A DNA stretch of 64,000 nt from Eledone cirrhosa (lineage: Eukaryota), in contig OZ024741.1 in NCBI GenBank assembly GCA_964016885.1, positions 87,420,001 to 87,484,000 on the forward strand, read 5' to 3'. The notes beneath the pieces are model-generated. The model searched no databases and was not told the origin of the DNA. It saw only the letters and a program-made list of their open reading frames with translations. Shown here one piece after another: positions 38,710 through 51,274 of this stretch (its first letter is position 1; every line of letters starts with the position of its first letter). A program made the position numbers and the translations under genes.

Positions 38710-38922
38710 TTAAAATATTAACATATATTTAGCTCTGGTCTTTTTTTTCCGAATATAGAGACGGGTGTCATGTGTGTGTATGTGTGTGTGGATGGTTAGC
38801 ATGTTATGGTGTTAATATATTAACGTATATTGAATATATATATATATGCACTATACACTCACACACATACATACACACACACATGCACGCACACAAACAC
38901 ACACACACATATATATATATAT

Positions 38923-39079
38923 AGGTTTATCCTGGGTTCAATCGGGGCTAACCACAGTAATTAAATAAGGTACTCAATACATAGCAGAGTATATATATTT
39001 AATATAGAAAAGGCTTCTATAGGGCTAGAACATTTCTCCCGAATGGAACAGTTCTAGTCCTGTAGAAGCCATTTCTATA

Positions 39080-39080
<1 letters not shown>
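38923..39080 (-). repeat. Short (TA)n-flanked element with ~80-bp hairpin and subterminal TTGAGTAC motif
   Basis: atatagaaa.ggcttcta.agg.ctagaac ... gttctag.cct.tagaagcc.tttctatat. Confidence 0.6.
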
Positions 39081-39152
<72 letters not shown>

Positions 39153-39161
<9 letters not shown>

Positions 39162-39790
39162 GACGTAAATAAGAAAGTTATGAAAATTGACTTACTTACT
39201 AAAATCTCACTCCAACTAATTAGTTTCTGTAAGGGGATAAATACAGTTATGTAATACCTGTAGAGAAGCCTTACGTCATCAGGGAGTCTATTCTCAGCTA
39301 AGCTAGATATATTAATTCTTTATATTCTTCTCCAAATTATTTGTTGAGCAAAATTTGCCAAATTACTACTGTGACTGATAGTAGTGGCTAGGCTCTGTCT
39401 TAATAGCACCCCAACTCCAAGCTGGTTAACCTCAGTGTCACGTGATTAATTCTTTTGAATTTGCCACTTGACCAAGAAGGCAGCGAATTTTTCAGTGGCC
39501 TGAAATCTAGCCCCGCTCGCTTTTTTCGCTTTTTTCCATCCACTGAATTATTGTTATATACGTTTCCAGTGTCCCCGCATTGCCTGGTAGCTTAGCTGAG
39601 AATAGACTCCCTGATGACGTAAGGCTTCTCTACAGGTTTACATAACTGTATTTATCCCCTTACAGAAACTAATTAGTTGGAGTGAAATTTTAGCAAGTAA
39701 ATCAATTTTCATAACTTTCTTATTGACGTCTTTCATATAATTGTTCTGCATTCCCCTGCATAGAACTACAAAGTTACTAAGACAAAACAA
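39153..39790 (+). mobile_element. Non-autonomous element with ~150-bp inverted arms (39153-39306 / 39588-39739) carrying an HHR
   Basis: Arms match as reverse complements with a few mismatches; preceded by a long (TA)n. Confidence 0.8.
39606..39683 (+). ncRNA. Type I hammerhead ribozyme (mirror on - strand at 39209-39287)
   Basis: Stem I actcc/ggagt, CTGATGA, stem II cgtaagg/ccttaca, GAAA, palindromic actaattagt, GUU triplet. Confidence 0.7.
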
Positions 39791-39850
39791 ATATATCTGC
39801 TAGCATAGGTATGCATCTGTATACATATGTCGGTAGATATATTAATTCTT

Positions 39851-39935
<85 letters not shown>

Positions 39936-40017
39936 GTAGAAGCCATTTCTATATTAAATATATATATATATATATAGTTTTGCGAGGTTTTTTATATGAA
40001 ATCGTGTGTCGGAACAA

Positions 40018-42427
40018 ATATTGTTATACTTGGGGCGGGTCACATTCTGTAATATTGCCAGAATTAATAACAGAACACACTCACTGTTTGGTTGGTTTTC
40101 GCTTTTCACTTCTGTGTCTTTTATATCGGTAATCTAATTTATTCGGTCCTCAATGTTGCCATTGACTGACCGACGGTCAAAAATAATACAGATACAATAT
40201 AGACACAAACACATATATATAGTTTATCAAAGTTCTTTCGTTGCACATCTGCAACATCGTCAGTGGTGCTATTGTTTCCTCCCGTTACATTGTATGTCTA
40301 CGCCATTTTTATTTAGTCTGTCTATATATTTATTTATTTATTTATTTGTTTGTTTGTTTATTTTATTTTGTCTTCTTTGCGCATGCATTTGCGTGTGTAT
40401 AGTGTTTTGTTTGATGTGTGTTCGTGATTGGGTGACTAGTGTGTGTTTATATGTGTTTGTTGTTATTGTGCTTGTGTATGTATTTATTTACTTATCTATT
40501 TATTTATTTATTTATTTATACTTCTCTTAGATCAGTGTTGTTTGTTTGGGTGTTGTTGTTATTTCATTCATTCTTTCTGTTTAGTCTTGGCCTTCTAAGT
40601 AATATAGCTAGCAACTACAGGATCTCCTACTTCCTCTCAATGGTTATACGCCCCAAAATCAAGATGTCCCCAGATGTATGTGACAGTACAGAGGACCTCC
40701 TCAGCAGAATCAGTGAGTGCAACAAAAACAGGAACCTATCCAACTGCATAATAGGCAGCATGGATGTGGTATCACTGTACCCATCCATTAACATTGATTT
40801 TGCTGTGGAAAAATGTGTGGAGATGATCATTGAGAGTGAGGTGGAGTTCTGCGACGTCGACACAGACGAACTGGGCCTCCTACTTAGACTTACCTACGAC
40901 ACTGACTACCTAGACAGCCATGACCTTAGACGTTTCTGCCCTAGTAGACCCATAAGAGGTAGACCCCCCACCATAACCTCAATGGCAAAAAGACTCCCAT
41001 GGAAGGTGGATTGGGTGAACCAAAGCTATACGGACCCCCCAAAACAATGATCAGGTAAGAAAAATGGTCGCACATGCAATAGGGGCTAGTATCAAAACTA
41101 CCCTAAAGGGCCACATATTCAAGTTCAACGAGAAGATCTACACCCAAAATGAGGGAGCAGCCATTGGCGTCAGCATAGCTGGTGATGTTGCCAACCTTTT
41201 CATGGTATGGTGGGAAAGGAGACTTAAAGATCTCCTTAATGAGAGCTCCATAGACCTCATCATGTACTCTCGTTACGTACACGATATCAATATAGTTATA
41301 AGAACATCCCCACTAGAGAGCACTAACAAGTTTGATTTAGAACGTAGCACAATGGAAAGCATCCAGCAGATAGCTAATTCCATACACCAGATTATAACTG
41401 TAACTATCGACCTCCCTTCCAAACACCCTAACAATAGACTACCTGTATTAGACGCGGAACTCTGGATTAACACTATAGACGAGAGAGCCCAAATTCTCCA
41501 CTCACACTATGCTAAATCCATGGCCTCCAAATACCTGATACTCAAAAACTCAGCAATGTCCAGTAGTGCTAATTTTAATATTCTGATCGCAGATTTGGTA
41601 CGAGTGATGAAGAATGTGTCCCGCATGTGCGACCCAACAAAAATGGAAAGACACATCCAACACTTCATCAACCGCATGCAGTTCTCTGGCTACAACCAAA
41701 GAGACAGAGTCAGAGTATACGAAGGAGCCATGGAAAAGTAAAAGACCCTCATAGAATCGGACATGAAAGAAATTTGCCCATTATACAGGAGCAAATCATG
41801 GAATAGCTTAGATAGGGCTAGACATAAGATAGGGAAAGCCACCTCATGGTACGACAACCAGAGATACCAGAGTGTCATGTTTGTGGACGCTACCCCTGGA
41901 GGGAAATTAGCGAACCAGTGTAGAAAGGACCTGAGAAAGACCCACTTAAAGATTAAGGTGGTAGAAAAGCCAGGAACCACCATAAAATCCCTGATCAGCA
42001 AAACCTACCCTTTAAGAAAACCCACTGTACTAATAGGAAATGTATCATATGTAAGGTAAACCCCCGGATAAACTGTAAAACTAGAAACGTAGTCTATAGC
42101 ATAAGATGTACAGAGGGTACTTGCAGAAACATGACAACAACATACATAGGTGAGACAGCTCGTAGCATAGGTGAAAGGATAGACCAACACTGGGGGAAAC
42201 TAAACGGACGAAAAAACGGGTCAGTACTATACGAACATGCCAGACAACAACATGACGGTAACATAGACAACATAGAAATTAGAATAATATCTAAACATAG
42301 AAATGACCCAGCAGATAGGCAAATCGGAGAGGCCAGTGAAATAGAACTTAGAAGGCCAAGACTAAACAGAAAGAATGAATGGAATAACAACAACACCCAA
42401 ACAAACAACACTGACCTAAGAGAAGTA

Positions 42428-42458
<31 letters not shown>

Positions 42459-42954
42459 ATAGATAAATAAATAAATAGATAAATAAATAAATACATACAC
42501 AAGCACAATAACAACAAACACATATAAACACACACTAGTCACCCAATCACGAACACACATCAAACAAAACACTATACACACACGCAAACGCATGCGCAAA
42601 GAAGACAAAATAAAATAAACAAACAAACAAATAAATAAATAAATATATAGACAGACTAAATAAAAATGGCGTAGACATACAATGTAACGGGAGGAAACAA
42701 TAGCACCACTGACGATGTTGCAGATGTGCAACGAAAGAACTTTGATAAACTATATATATGTGTTTGTGTCTATATTGTATCTGTATTATTTTTTACCATC
42801 GGTCAGTCAATGGCAACATTGAGGACCGAGTAAGTTAGATTACCGATATAAAAGACACAGAAGCGAAAAGCGAAAACCAACCAAACAGTGAGTGTGTTCT
42901 GTTATTAATTCTGGCAATATTACACAAATATGACCCTCCCCAAGTATAACAATA
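40018..42954 (+). mobile_element. 5'-truncated Penelope-like element (RT plus GIY-YIG) with inverted pLTR (40018-40600 vs 42345-42954)
   Basis: SMDVVSLYPSI, EGAAIG..AGDVANLFM, YSRYVHDI, LPVLD, YIGETARSIGER motifs across frameshifted ORFs; ends abut TA-rich tracts. Confidence 0.92.
42705..42746 (+). ncRNA. Minimal hammerhead ribozyme in Penelope pLTR (mirror on - strand at 40226-40267)
   Basis: CTGACGA-t-gttgca gatg tgcaac-GAAA-g aa c-TT; weak stem I. Confidence 0.65.
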
Positions 42955-43093
42955 TATATATATATGGGTATATATTAATATTTTTAAACGGCAGTGAAGT
43001 GTAATTATTTCAGGATAATTCTGTAATTTAATAGCCCTTTACCAACTAAATTCGAAAATTAACTTCCAGCATTTTACTTTATTATTTCTACAT

Positions 43094-43210
43094 GAGTTCA
43101 AATCCCGCCGAGGTTGACTTTGCCTTTCATCCTTACGGGGTCGATAAAATAAAGTACCAGTAATGCACTGGGTAATTGCTGGCCTTGTGCCTAAAGTAGA
43201 AACAATTATT
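43094..43210 (+). mobile_element. 5'-truncated SINE family A with 15-bp TSD
   Basis: attatttctacatga at 43081-43095 and 43205-43219. Confidence 0.92.
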
Positions 43211-43324
43211 TCTACATGAAATATCAGAACCATTATGCGTTAATATAAACAAATCTAAAATGACAAACACACGCACAATCACACAGACACACAGACAGAC
43301 ACACACGTACACACTGACACACAC

Positions 43325-43371
<47 letters not shown>

Positions 43372-44032
43372 TACAGAGAGAAGGGGGGGGAGAAAATTAG
43401 GGTCGGAGCGGGGATGACGGAAGGTAAAGTGTGTGTGTATGTGTAGATGTGTGTGTGTGTGTATGTGAGTGTGTGTGTGTGTGGATGTGTAAATGTAAGT
43501 GCGAGAGTCTAGGAGGAAGCGAGTATGTGACTGTGGGTTTTGAAAAACCATTGTGTGTGTTGAAGTGGAGTGTATGTCTGTGAATGTATAGTCCCTGTGT
43601 GGGTGTAGGTGTGTGTGTGTGTGTGGATGGAAGGGGACGGGTAGGGTAAGATGAGATCGTGTCAAATCCAGAGGTGGTGTGGGGTGGAGTGTAGGTGTGC
43701 ACGAGTGTGTGGTTAAGAGAAGGGGGATGCGTGGTATGTCTGTAGGTCATGTGGGGTCATGTGAACTGTGTAGTTGCGTGTGTGTGGAAATGGTGCAAGT
43801 ATCTGTGTATGTGTCTAAGTTTCTTAATGGCTGTTGGTGTGTGTGTGTGGATCCACTGTGGTAAATTCAGGGTTCTAGTGGACGAGAATGGCGATGAGGA
43901 AGTGAAATGTTAGTGCGGCACGCACAACCGGAAATGGTCAAGTCGAAGGAGTGGGAGGAGAGGGTGGCAAGGGTGATAAGAGCAGGGCATTGTGAGAGAC
44001 GGAAGGGAGGAGGTGGTGCCGATAGAACTAAA

Positions 44033-44325
44033 CTAGATGGGTGAAAGTGATAGTAGTACTGTGGCTTCCTTATCCACCGACGCTTCCAACCTTATACTGT
44101 AGGTCGCCCTGGACCTGTCAGTTTTGTGGGGTTCTTTGGCGTTAGTTAATCTCAATTTGCAGATAATTAGATAGTGATCAGTTGACCACTCAGTCCCTCT
44201 CTTAACACGAACATCCAGCACCGAATCGAAGAGATCAGAGGCAATAAAAAAAAATCAACTATTGAACTCTGTCTCTGATTGTCCTTATACCATATATATT
44301 TATGGATGTCTCTACGCCGGAAGAA
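44033..44325 (-). pseudogene. RTE-like LINE AP-endonuclease C-terminal fragment
   Basis: HKYIWY...SSIVDF...DVRVKRGTEWSTDHYLIICKLRL. Confidence 0.7.
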
Positions 44326-44519
44326 CTACATCTAACACCGCAGTGACTTCATCAAGGACTCTTTGTTTGGTTTATAAACTTCTACCACCCACAGAGACCT
44401 ATCTTTCAGCCTAAGCTTCAAGAGGCAAATCCTCCCTCCTAATGGAACCCAGTCCATAATACACTCTGACAGTCAGGGGCTTGTGAGTATCCCCACACTC
44501 GCCTGTGAAGTAATTTTTT

Positions 44520-44620
44520 AGAGTATTGCCAAGATATATATTCTTGCTTTGTAGACATTGAAAAAGCATATGACCGCGTTCCTCGGGACCTGGTGTGAAA
44601 GGTTTTGCAGGAGTGTAGGA
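44520..44620 (+). pseudogene. Short LINE RT fragment (RTE-like)
   Basis: Translates CFVDIEKAYDRVPRDLV*KVLQE. Confidence 0.7.
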
Positions 44621-44824
44621 CGTATTCGTCTATTATTATCTAAGTGCTCTTCTGTACCACTGTATTTATACGACCATCGAATTTATTTACTCGATTTCTA
44701 ATTCCTTTTATGGTTTATATCTGGGATAAAATGATTCAAATCATCTTGATGATCGTTGAACTACCTTGAGCTTGAAACATTATTGACATAACATTTTTAC
44801 CTGAAGTATCCTGGGGCGTATATC

Positions 44825-44884
<60 letters not shown>

Positions 44885-45018
44885 TCTGGTGGGTTGTGGT
44901 CCACCTGGTTTTTTACATCAACCTATCTGAGATTTCAACATGAACGGATCTGTTATTTTTATCTAAATTTCCAATTCTACTCCGCCCGTACCCTCAATCT
45001 ATCTTATTTCTCATTTGT

Positions 45019-45054
45019 TCTTCTGATGAAGGACTAGCGTGCGAAACGTTAAGA
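45019..45054 (+). ncRNA. Minimal hammerhead ribozyme, one stem II mismatch
   Basis: tctt-CTGATGA-a-ggac tagc gtgc-GAAA-cg-TT-aaga, within a (TA)n-bounded segment 44881-45125. Confidence 0.55.
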
Positions 45055-45176
45055 CCTCCTGCTATTTCAAGCGTTAACCTAATATATTCCTTCCATATGC
45101 TGTACCGATTGTGTTGTTATTTTACATACATACATGTATATATATATATAAATATATATATATGTATATATATATA

Positions 45177-46281
45177 TTGGGTTGAGTCATAAATAATTTT
45201 CGTTTTAGTAAAATAATTTATGCTTGAATAATTTACCAATGAATTCATTTCAATCAATAGTATATTTGTCATTATTTTGAATCACTTTATTCCATTCATC
45301 AAGTAATTTGTTGATTCCTCTCAAGTAAAACCAGCTGATTTCGAGCTCAAGAAATTTTCCACAAACGTTTTCACCTGAACTTCTTGAGAAAAGTTTTTGC
45401 CATTCAGAGCATTTTGTAGAGAACAAAAAAGACGTAAATCAGTTGGTGCAAGGTCTGGTGAATATGGTGGATGGGATAAAACAGACCAGCCTAAATCCAA
45501 TATTTTCCTGTGTGATTATTGCTGAATGTGGCTTTGCGCTATCATGGAGAAGCACAACGTTTTTTCAATTGACGAATGGGGAGCGTTTTCTTAGAAGATT
45601 TTCATGCACACGTTGCAGCTGTTGAGTGTATAAGTCTGCATTGTGTATCTGATTGCAGTTTCAAAACTCAAAATGGATAATACCGCGGTTATCCTACCAT
45701 ACACAGGGATATGCGATCTTCCTTATTCTTCTCACTTAGAGTATGAGGAACCCTAACGCCCAGCCTGCTCACTTCTCCTATCTTATCCAAATGGCGGCAG
45801 GTTGTGGATTGGGATGTGTTGAGGTCAGGTGCTAATTCTTGAGTATCTTTGTGCAGATTGCATCCCAGCATTTCTCTAAAAGCATCTTGATTGACGTCTG
45901 ATGAGCATCCTGGTCTGAGTTCATCTCCCAATGACGTACCCCCAGAAAGAAATTTTGAAAACCAGTTTCTGACTTGGCGGTCAGTAATGACACATTGGCC
46001 ATAAACACTGCACATTTTCTTAGCTGTTTCTGTAGCGTTTTTGTTATTCTTAAACTCCCACAACATTACGTGTCGAATATTCACTTTCAGTTCCTCCATT
46101 TTAGGAGCGGGAAATAATAGATTAAATTATGATGCGCAGTCTTTCACTAATGAAATAAGAATAACTGATGAAGATTCTCTCTAATCAGATAATTTCTGAT
46201 TGCTTTTAAAATATTGGAAGTTTGAAATGTGGAGTTACATCTTGCTTTTACAAAATGGAAATTATTTATGACTCAAACCAA
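45177..46281 (-). mobile_element. Decayed mariner DNA transposon with TIRs and internally deleted transposase
   Basis: TIRs ttgggttgagtcataaataattt / aaattatttatgactcaaaccaa; HTH N-terminus (45689..46099), RVPHTL (WVPHEL-like) and YSPDLAPTD motifs; TA context. Confidence 0.92.
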
Positions 46282-46660
46282 CATACATTAAAACATATTA
46301 CCAAACACTGTTAATGATATCATCAGTTAATTTAAATATGTTTCATCCTAATAGGACTCGTCGGAATTAAATAAGATATAGATACCTCAACAGATTGATC
46401 TCGTCTAACAACAAAGCATACCAGAAAACGTTTTGTTTACATTTTAATAACGCACTGTCATAATAGGAAATAGTCCTTAACATACGTATCATGACAAGTA
46501 TTTCACATTGGCACTCATACGTTAAAAAAGTATTATAATCATGAGCAATGTTTCTGTTTGCAATAGATACTAAGTTCATCCAGAGAAATTCATACATCTA
46601 CACACACACATATCTATATAAATGCACACACACCTATACACACCTATATACACCTATATA

Positions 46661-46739
<79 letters not shown>

Positions 46740-46742
<3 letters not shown>

Positions 46743-47274
46743 GATAAATCTACCAAGAGTTTACGGTAGTGTCCAATCCGTATGAAGAACTCAATGTATT
46801 CCGGATATCATGGAAAGAAGAGATGTAATGAAAATCCACTTTCGGTGAAAGATAAACGGTATACAGAGTCAAGATAAAATATTAAACAAATAATGAAGAA
46901 ACAATTCCTTATATTAAACAAAAAAAGTTCACTATTTAACGATCGTTTCTAGGGTATATATGTGTTATAATTGGTATGCATATTCAACAGATCTATGTAC
47001 AAAATTATACAAAATTATACAAATTATCAAGATTAAATATACATACCTAACACATATATACGCCGTCTTCAGAAATAATTATTTCTGAAGACGGCGTATA
47101 TATGTGTTAGGTATGTATATTTAATCTTGATAATTTGTATAATTTTGTATAATTTTGTACATAGATCTGTTGAATATGCATACCAATTATAACACATATA
47201 TACCCTAGAAACGATCGTTAAATAGTGAACTTTTTTTGTTTAATATAAGGAATTGTTTGTTCATTATTTGTTTA

Positions 47275-47283
<9 letters not shown>
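46740..47283 (-). mobile_element. Fold-back non-autonomous element with a spacer-less ~410-bp palindrome (46874-47283), in (TA)n
   Basis: Centre cagaaataa|ttatttctg at 47078/47079; homolog at 8440-8782; missing from the mirrored arm. Confidence 0.9.
47078..47226 (+). ncRNA. Type I hammerhead ribozyme with ~116-nt stem II domain (mirror on - strand at 46931-47079)
   Basis: Stem I attattt/aaatagt, CTGAAGA, stem II cggcgtatatatgtgtt/aacacatatatacccta, GAAA, palindromic acgatcgt, GUU triplet. Confidence 0.72.
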
Positions 47284-47356
<73 letters not shown>

Positions 47357-47359
<3 letters not shown>

Positions 47360-47487
47360 TTATTAGAAGATTCACTAACTCAACTAATCTGTCATGTTCT
47401 TATTAAATTTGATAATCTATATACATCTACTTATATATATATATGTATATATTGGCTGACATATGCGTGTGTATATATATATATATA

Positions 47488-47554
<67 letters not shown>

Positions 47555-47664
47555 GCATATGTCAGCCAATATATACATATATATATATAAGTAGATGTAT
47601 ATAGATTATCAAATTTAATAAGAACATGACAGATTAGTTGAGTTAGTGAATCTTCTAATAACTG
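47357..47664. repeat. Palindrome with ~115-bp arms around a (TA)n centre (mirror at 63500-63821)
   Basis: cagttattagaag...catatgcgtgt (TA)n acacgcatatg...cttctaataactg. Confidence 0.9.
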
Positions 47665-47907
47665 TTACCCCAGAATCGGAACTCATACTATAGCAATTAT
47701 TTAGGAAAAAGAAATCGAAGTTTGTAGCTCCCCCAAACTCTACTTACATAATCACATTCACACCCACACACACAGATCCATACACACATGCACATACTAT
47801 AATATAACCAAGTATATATTATGTGTGTGCATACACGCACATGTAGATGTGTATGTGTAACTACTATTGTATAAGTCTACCAATTACTACTACCCGAACT
47901 AATTAAT

Positions 47908-48005
47908 TAATTGTTTCTACGTTAGGCACAAGGCCAGAAATTACCCAGTGCATTACTGGTACTTTATTTTATCGACCCCGTAAGGATGAAAGGCAAAGTC
48001 AACCA
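47908..48005 (-). mobile_element. 5'-truncated SINE family A with 17-bp TSD (mirror at ~63159-63256, +)
   Basis: cgaactaattaattaat at 47895-47911 and 48006-48022. Confidence 0.92.
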
Positions 48006-48340
48006 CGAACTAATTAATTAATAGTGAACAAGAAGTTTTAGGTTATATATGAAAAGACAATCAAACATTTACAAGAGTTACCTCCCTCACATCCTACCTA
48101 ATCCTTTTTCTTAAATAAATTAAATATCATCCACCAAGAATTGCTTCCTCCTGCATATTAACTCTCTAAAAAGGGAAATCATATCAAACCTCAGTCCACC
48201 ATTTGCCTCCATAATGGATTCATGGATCAACTAAGCACCCTTGCTATATTAACACATTTTGATCTGCTTAACTTCAAGAACTATGCCTGTAAATAAAATT
48301 TTTTCTTCCACATTGATTTTTATGCTCTACATTATGCCCG

Positions 48341-48348
48341 TTTTCTTT

Positions 48349-48379
<31 letters not shown>

Positions 48380-48612
48380 CTTTTTTCTTTTTTCTTTTTT
48401 CTTTTTTCTTTTTTCTTTTTTCTTTTTTCTTTTTTCTTTTTTCTTTTTTCTTTTTTTCTTTTTTTCTTTTTTCTTTTTTTTTCTTCTTTTTTTTTCTTTT
48501 TTTTTTCTTTTTTCTTTTTTCTTTTTTCTTTTTTCTTTTTCTTTTTCTTTTTCTTTTTTCTTTTTTCTTTTTTCTTTTTTCTTTTTTCTTTTTCTTTTTT
48601 CTTTTTTCTTTT
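48341..48612. repeat. (TTTTTTC)n polypyrimidine tract (mirror (GAAAAAA)n at ~62533-62823)
   Basis: Seen directly in the sequence. Confidence 0.95.
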
Positions 48613-48927
48613 CACTTCATAAACCTTGTTTGTAAATAACATTATTCTTTCTGCACCTTCTCTTTAACATATGTGACACCACACTAATACATTTCACTAT
48701 CATTTGATAATGCATAAAAATGTTGAAACTGGTAATAGACAATTATTAAATATATAAATAGATAAATAAATGCCATTGTTAAATAATAAATAAATCAACT
48801 AATACCTTAACACTTCACACAAAGTAAAACATTTCATTTAATCATTTCCTAACACAGAAAAAAGAGAGAGAGAAACAAAAAAGAAAAGAAAAATATTTTT
48901 TTTCCTAATAATCGTCTCTTTCTCTGT

Positions 48928-48973
<46 letters not shown>

Positions 48974-49105
48974 GTGGGGTTTTTTTTTACAAAATGAAAA
49001 ATAACCGAGGTGTCCTACACGAGTGGAAGTATAAAGAAAAAGAGATGAAATCGAAAATGCAACTGAAGTCTTATTGAAAAACCACAGACCCTCCATCTCA
49101 ACTCA

Positions 49106-49143
49106 CCTTTTGAAAAGCAGAAGAACTGCGAAACCGGTAAAGG
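49106..49143 (+). ncRNA. Minimal hammerhead ribozyme with compensatory U3-A8 core (mirror on - strand at 61932-61969)
   Basis: cctt-TTGAAAA-gcag aagaa ctgc-GAAA-ccgg-TA-aagg; all stems pair. It lies between ~45-bp inverted repeats 49031-49075/49175-49219. Confidence 0.7.
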
Positions 49144-49212
49144 AACCAAATAAATATATATATTTTTTTAAAAAATAAGACTTCAGTTGCATTTTCGATT
49201 TCATCTCTTTTT

Positions 49213-49250
<38 letters not shown>

Positions 49251-50591
49251 ATACCAGATTAATCTGGCATTTTAATAAATATTTAATATGGTATTTTAAT
49301 AAATATTTGCTCTACGGTTCTTATATATCTGATATATATTTATCCTTATCGAGCCCTCTTTGGATTTTAGTCTTCAAATTTTTTATTATATATATATATA
49401 TATATATAAATATTAAGTTAAATTAAATTAAATTAACTGAGTTAATAAGGATATTTATATTTATATGTTTTAGAATGGGAAGATACGGAAAAACTCCAGT
49501 TTAATTTATTTATTCGTTAGTATGAGACTATTTAGTCAAAATAAGTATAGATGTTGAAAGATATGTTTAGCCAGAATCAGTTAGTGGTTATAAATCTATT
49601 AAAAATATTGAAAAAATATTAAAAATTTGAGAAAATTAAAAAAATAATAATTTATAAGAGATAAGTAATTTTTAAAGAAATAAAAATTAAAGAAATAAAA
49701 ATAAAGAATTAAAATTTATTTAAATTAAAATTACAATTAAAAATTTTTAAAAATTAGAATTATATACGTATATATTTTATGAAACATTAAGAAGTGGAAT
49801 TATAGCAAATATTATAGATATTATGATTTAGAGATATCAATATATTAAAACCAAGAGGATAGGATTGTTATGGAAATAAGTAGAAATATTATAAGAATAA
49901 TTATAATTTATATATAGTTCTGAATGTTGAATTCAAGCGATGTCTACAAGAATTAAATAAATTCGTTCTTAGATTAATAGAGTTCTTACATTTAAGTATG
50001 AAAAGAATCTGGACTATTCATTAGCTTGGGAAACAGTTTCATAAGCACCCGCGTGCTTTATCTAGATTCTGCAAATTGTGTGTTGAGGAAATTTTTTTCA
50101 TACTTAAATGTAAGAACTCCTTTAATCTAAGAACGAATTTATTTAATTCTGGTAGAATTATCTATAACATGGTATACCCATCTATTTATTTATTTATTTA
50201 TTTATTTATCTACTTAAAACAGAAAATATTATATTATAAACGAATTTTAAACAACTAAAAATCCTAAATACACGTACTATTAAGGTATATACTTAGAATA
50301 TATTTCCCCCAAATTAACGTTATATGAGTTTTATTCATCTTCTCCTGTTTATTTATTCTCTATCTCTCTCTCGTACTGTTTTTATCCTTCTCCACTTATC
50401 TTTTCTCTCTCTCTCCCTCCCTCTCTCCATAGTTGTTTAAATAAACCGTTGTTTTTCAATTATTTACATATTCATTTGCATATTCACACATAAGTTTGAA
50501 TAATCCCTAATATATTTCCACTATCCAGTGAATTTACAACCGATAAGGTATGATTTTCATGGGTACGTCTCTATTTATAAGACAAACTTTG

Positions 50592-50656
50592 TATTTTATC
50601 TAAATGAAAGCGTACCAATGTTTTCTTGGTACCCTTGAAATATATATAATAAAATA
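50592..50656 (+). ncRNA. Hammerhead fold homologous to 9040-9106, with mutated core (mirror on - strand at 60408-60472)
   Basis: tattttat-ctaaatga-aagcgtaccaa/ttggtaccctt-GAAA-tatata-TA-ataaaata. Confidence 0.65.
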
Positions 50657-50790
50657 AATATGGTTTTATAAATATAGTTTCCATTTATTAAATATCATTG
50701 AATATTTACTCCAGTAAACTGTTGAGTGCTCTAAATCAGTTATAAACATTTATATTTGTCGGGCTTTCAACAAATTAAATACCCCTTCTA

Positions 50791-50831
<41 letters not shown>

Positions 50832-50833
<2 letters not shown>

Positions 50834-51037
50834 CGAAGGAAATGTGGTAAGGAACCAGATGGACCTTAACGCACCAAAGTACTCAATACTTAGGGTAGTA
50901 GAGTGGGTAATAGGAACGAGTAGGACATCGACGGCTGAGCTCAAGCCGTTTCGACCGGTAATTCTGGACCAATTCTAGACCGTCCAGAATTAGCCGTCGA
51001 AAAGGCTTGAGCTAGAGCCGTCGGGGTCCTACTCGTT

Positions 51038-51042
<5 letters not shown>
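50832..51042 (-). repeat. (TA)n-flanked element with a GC-rich ~130-bp rod-like hairpin (50910-51042); mirror at 59992-60202
   Basis: aggaacgagtaggac..cgacggct..agctcaagcc.tttcgac...taattctggac and its reverse complement, with small internal loops. Confidence 0.85.
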
Positions 51043-51079
<37 letters not shown>

Positions 51080-51206
51080 TGTGTGTCTGTATTTTTATAG
51101 ATATGCATGTGTGTAGTGTAGAGGTATGCATTTGTACATTTTGACATTTATCTAGAGATACCTAATATCTATTTCAAAAAAGAAACATATATATATATAT
51201 ATGAGT

Positions 51207-51274
<68 letters not shown>

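Noticed and set aside
43380-44030. GT-rich segment with His/Thr-rich ORFs
   Set aside because: Low-complexity degenerate (GT)n sequence with no domain motifs.
48259-48642. Lys-rich / Phe-rich ORFs (and mirror 62505-62905)
   Set aside because: They are an artefact of the (GAAAAAA)n tract.
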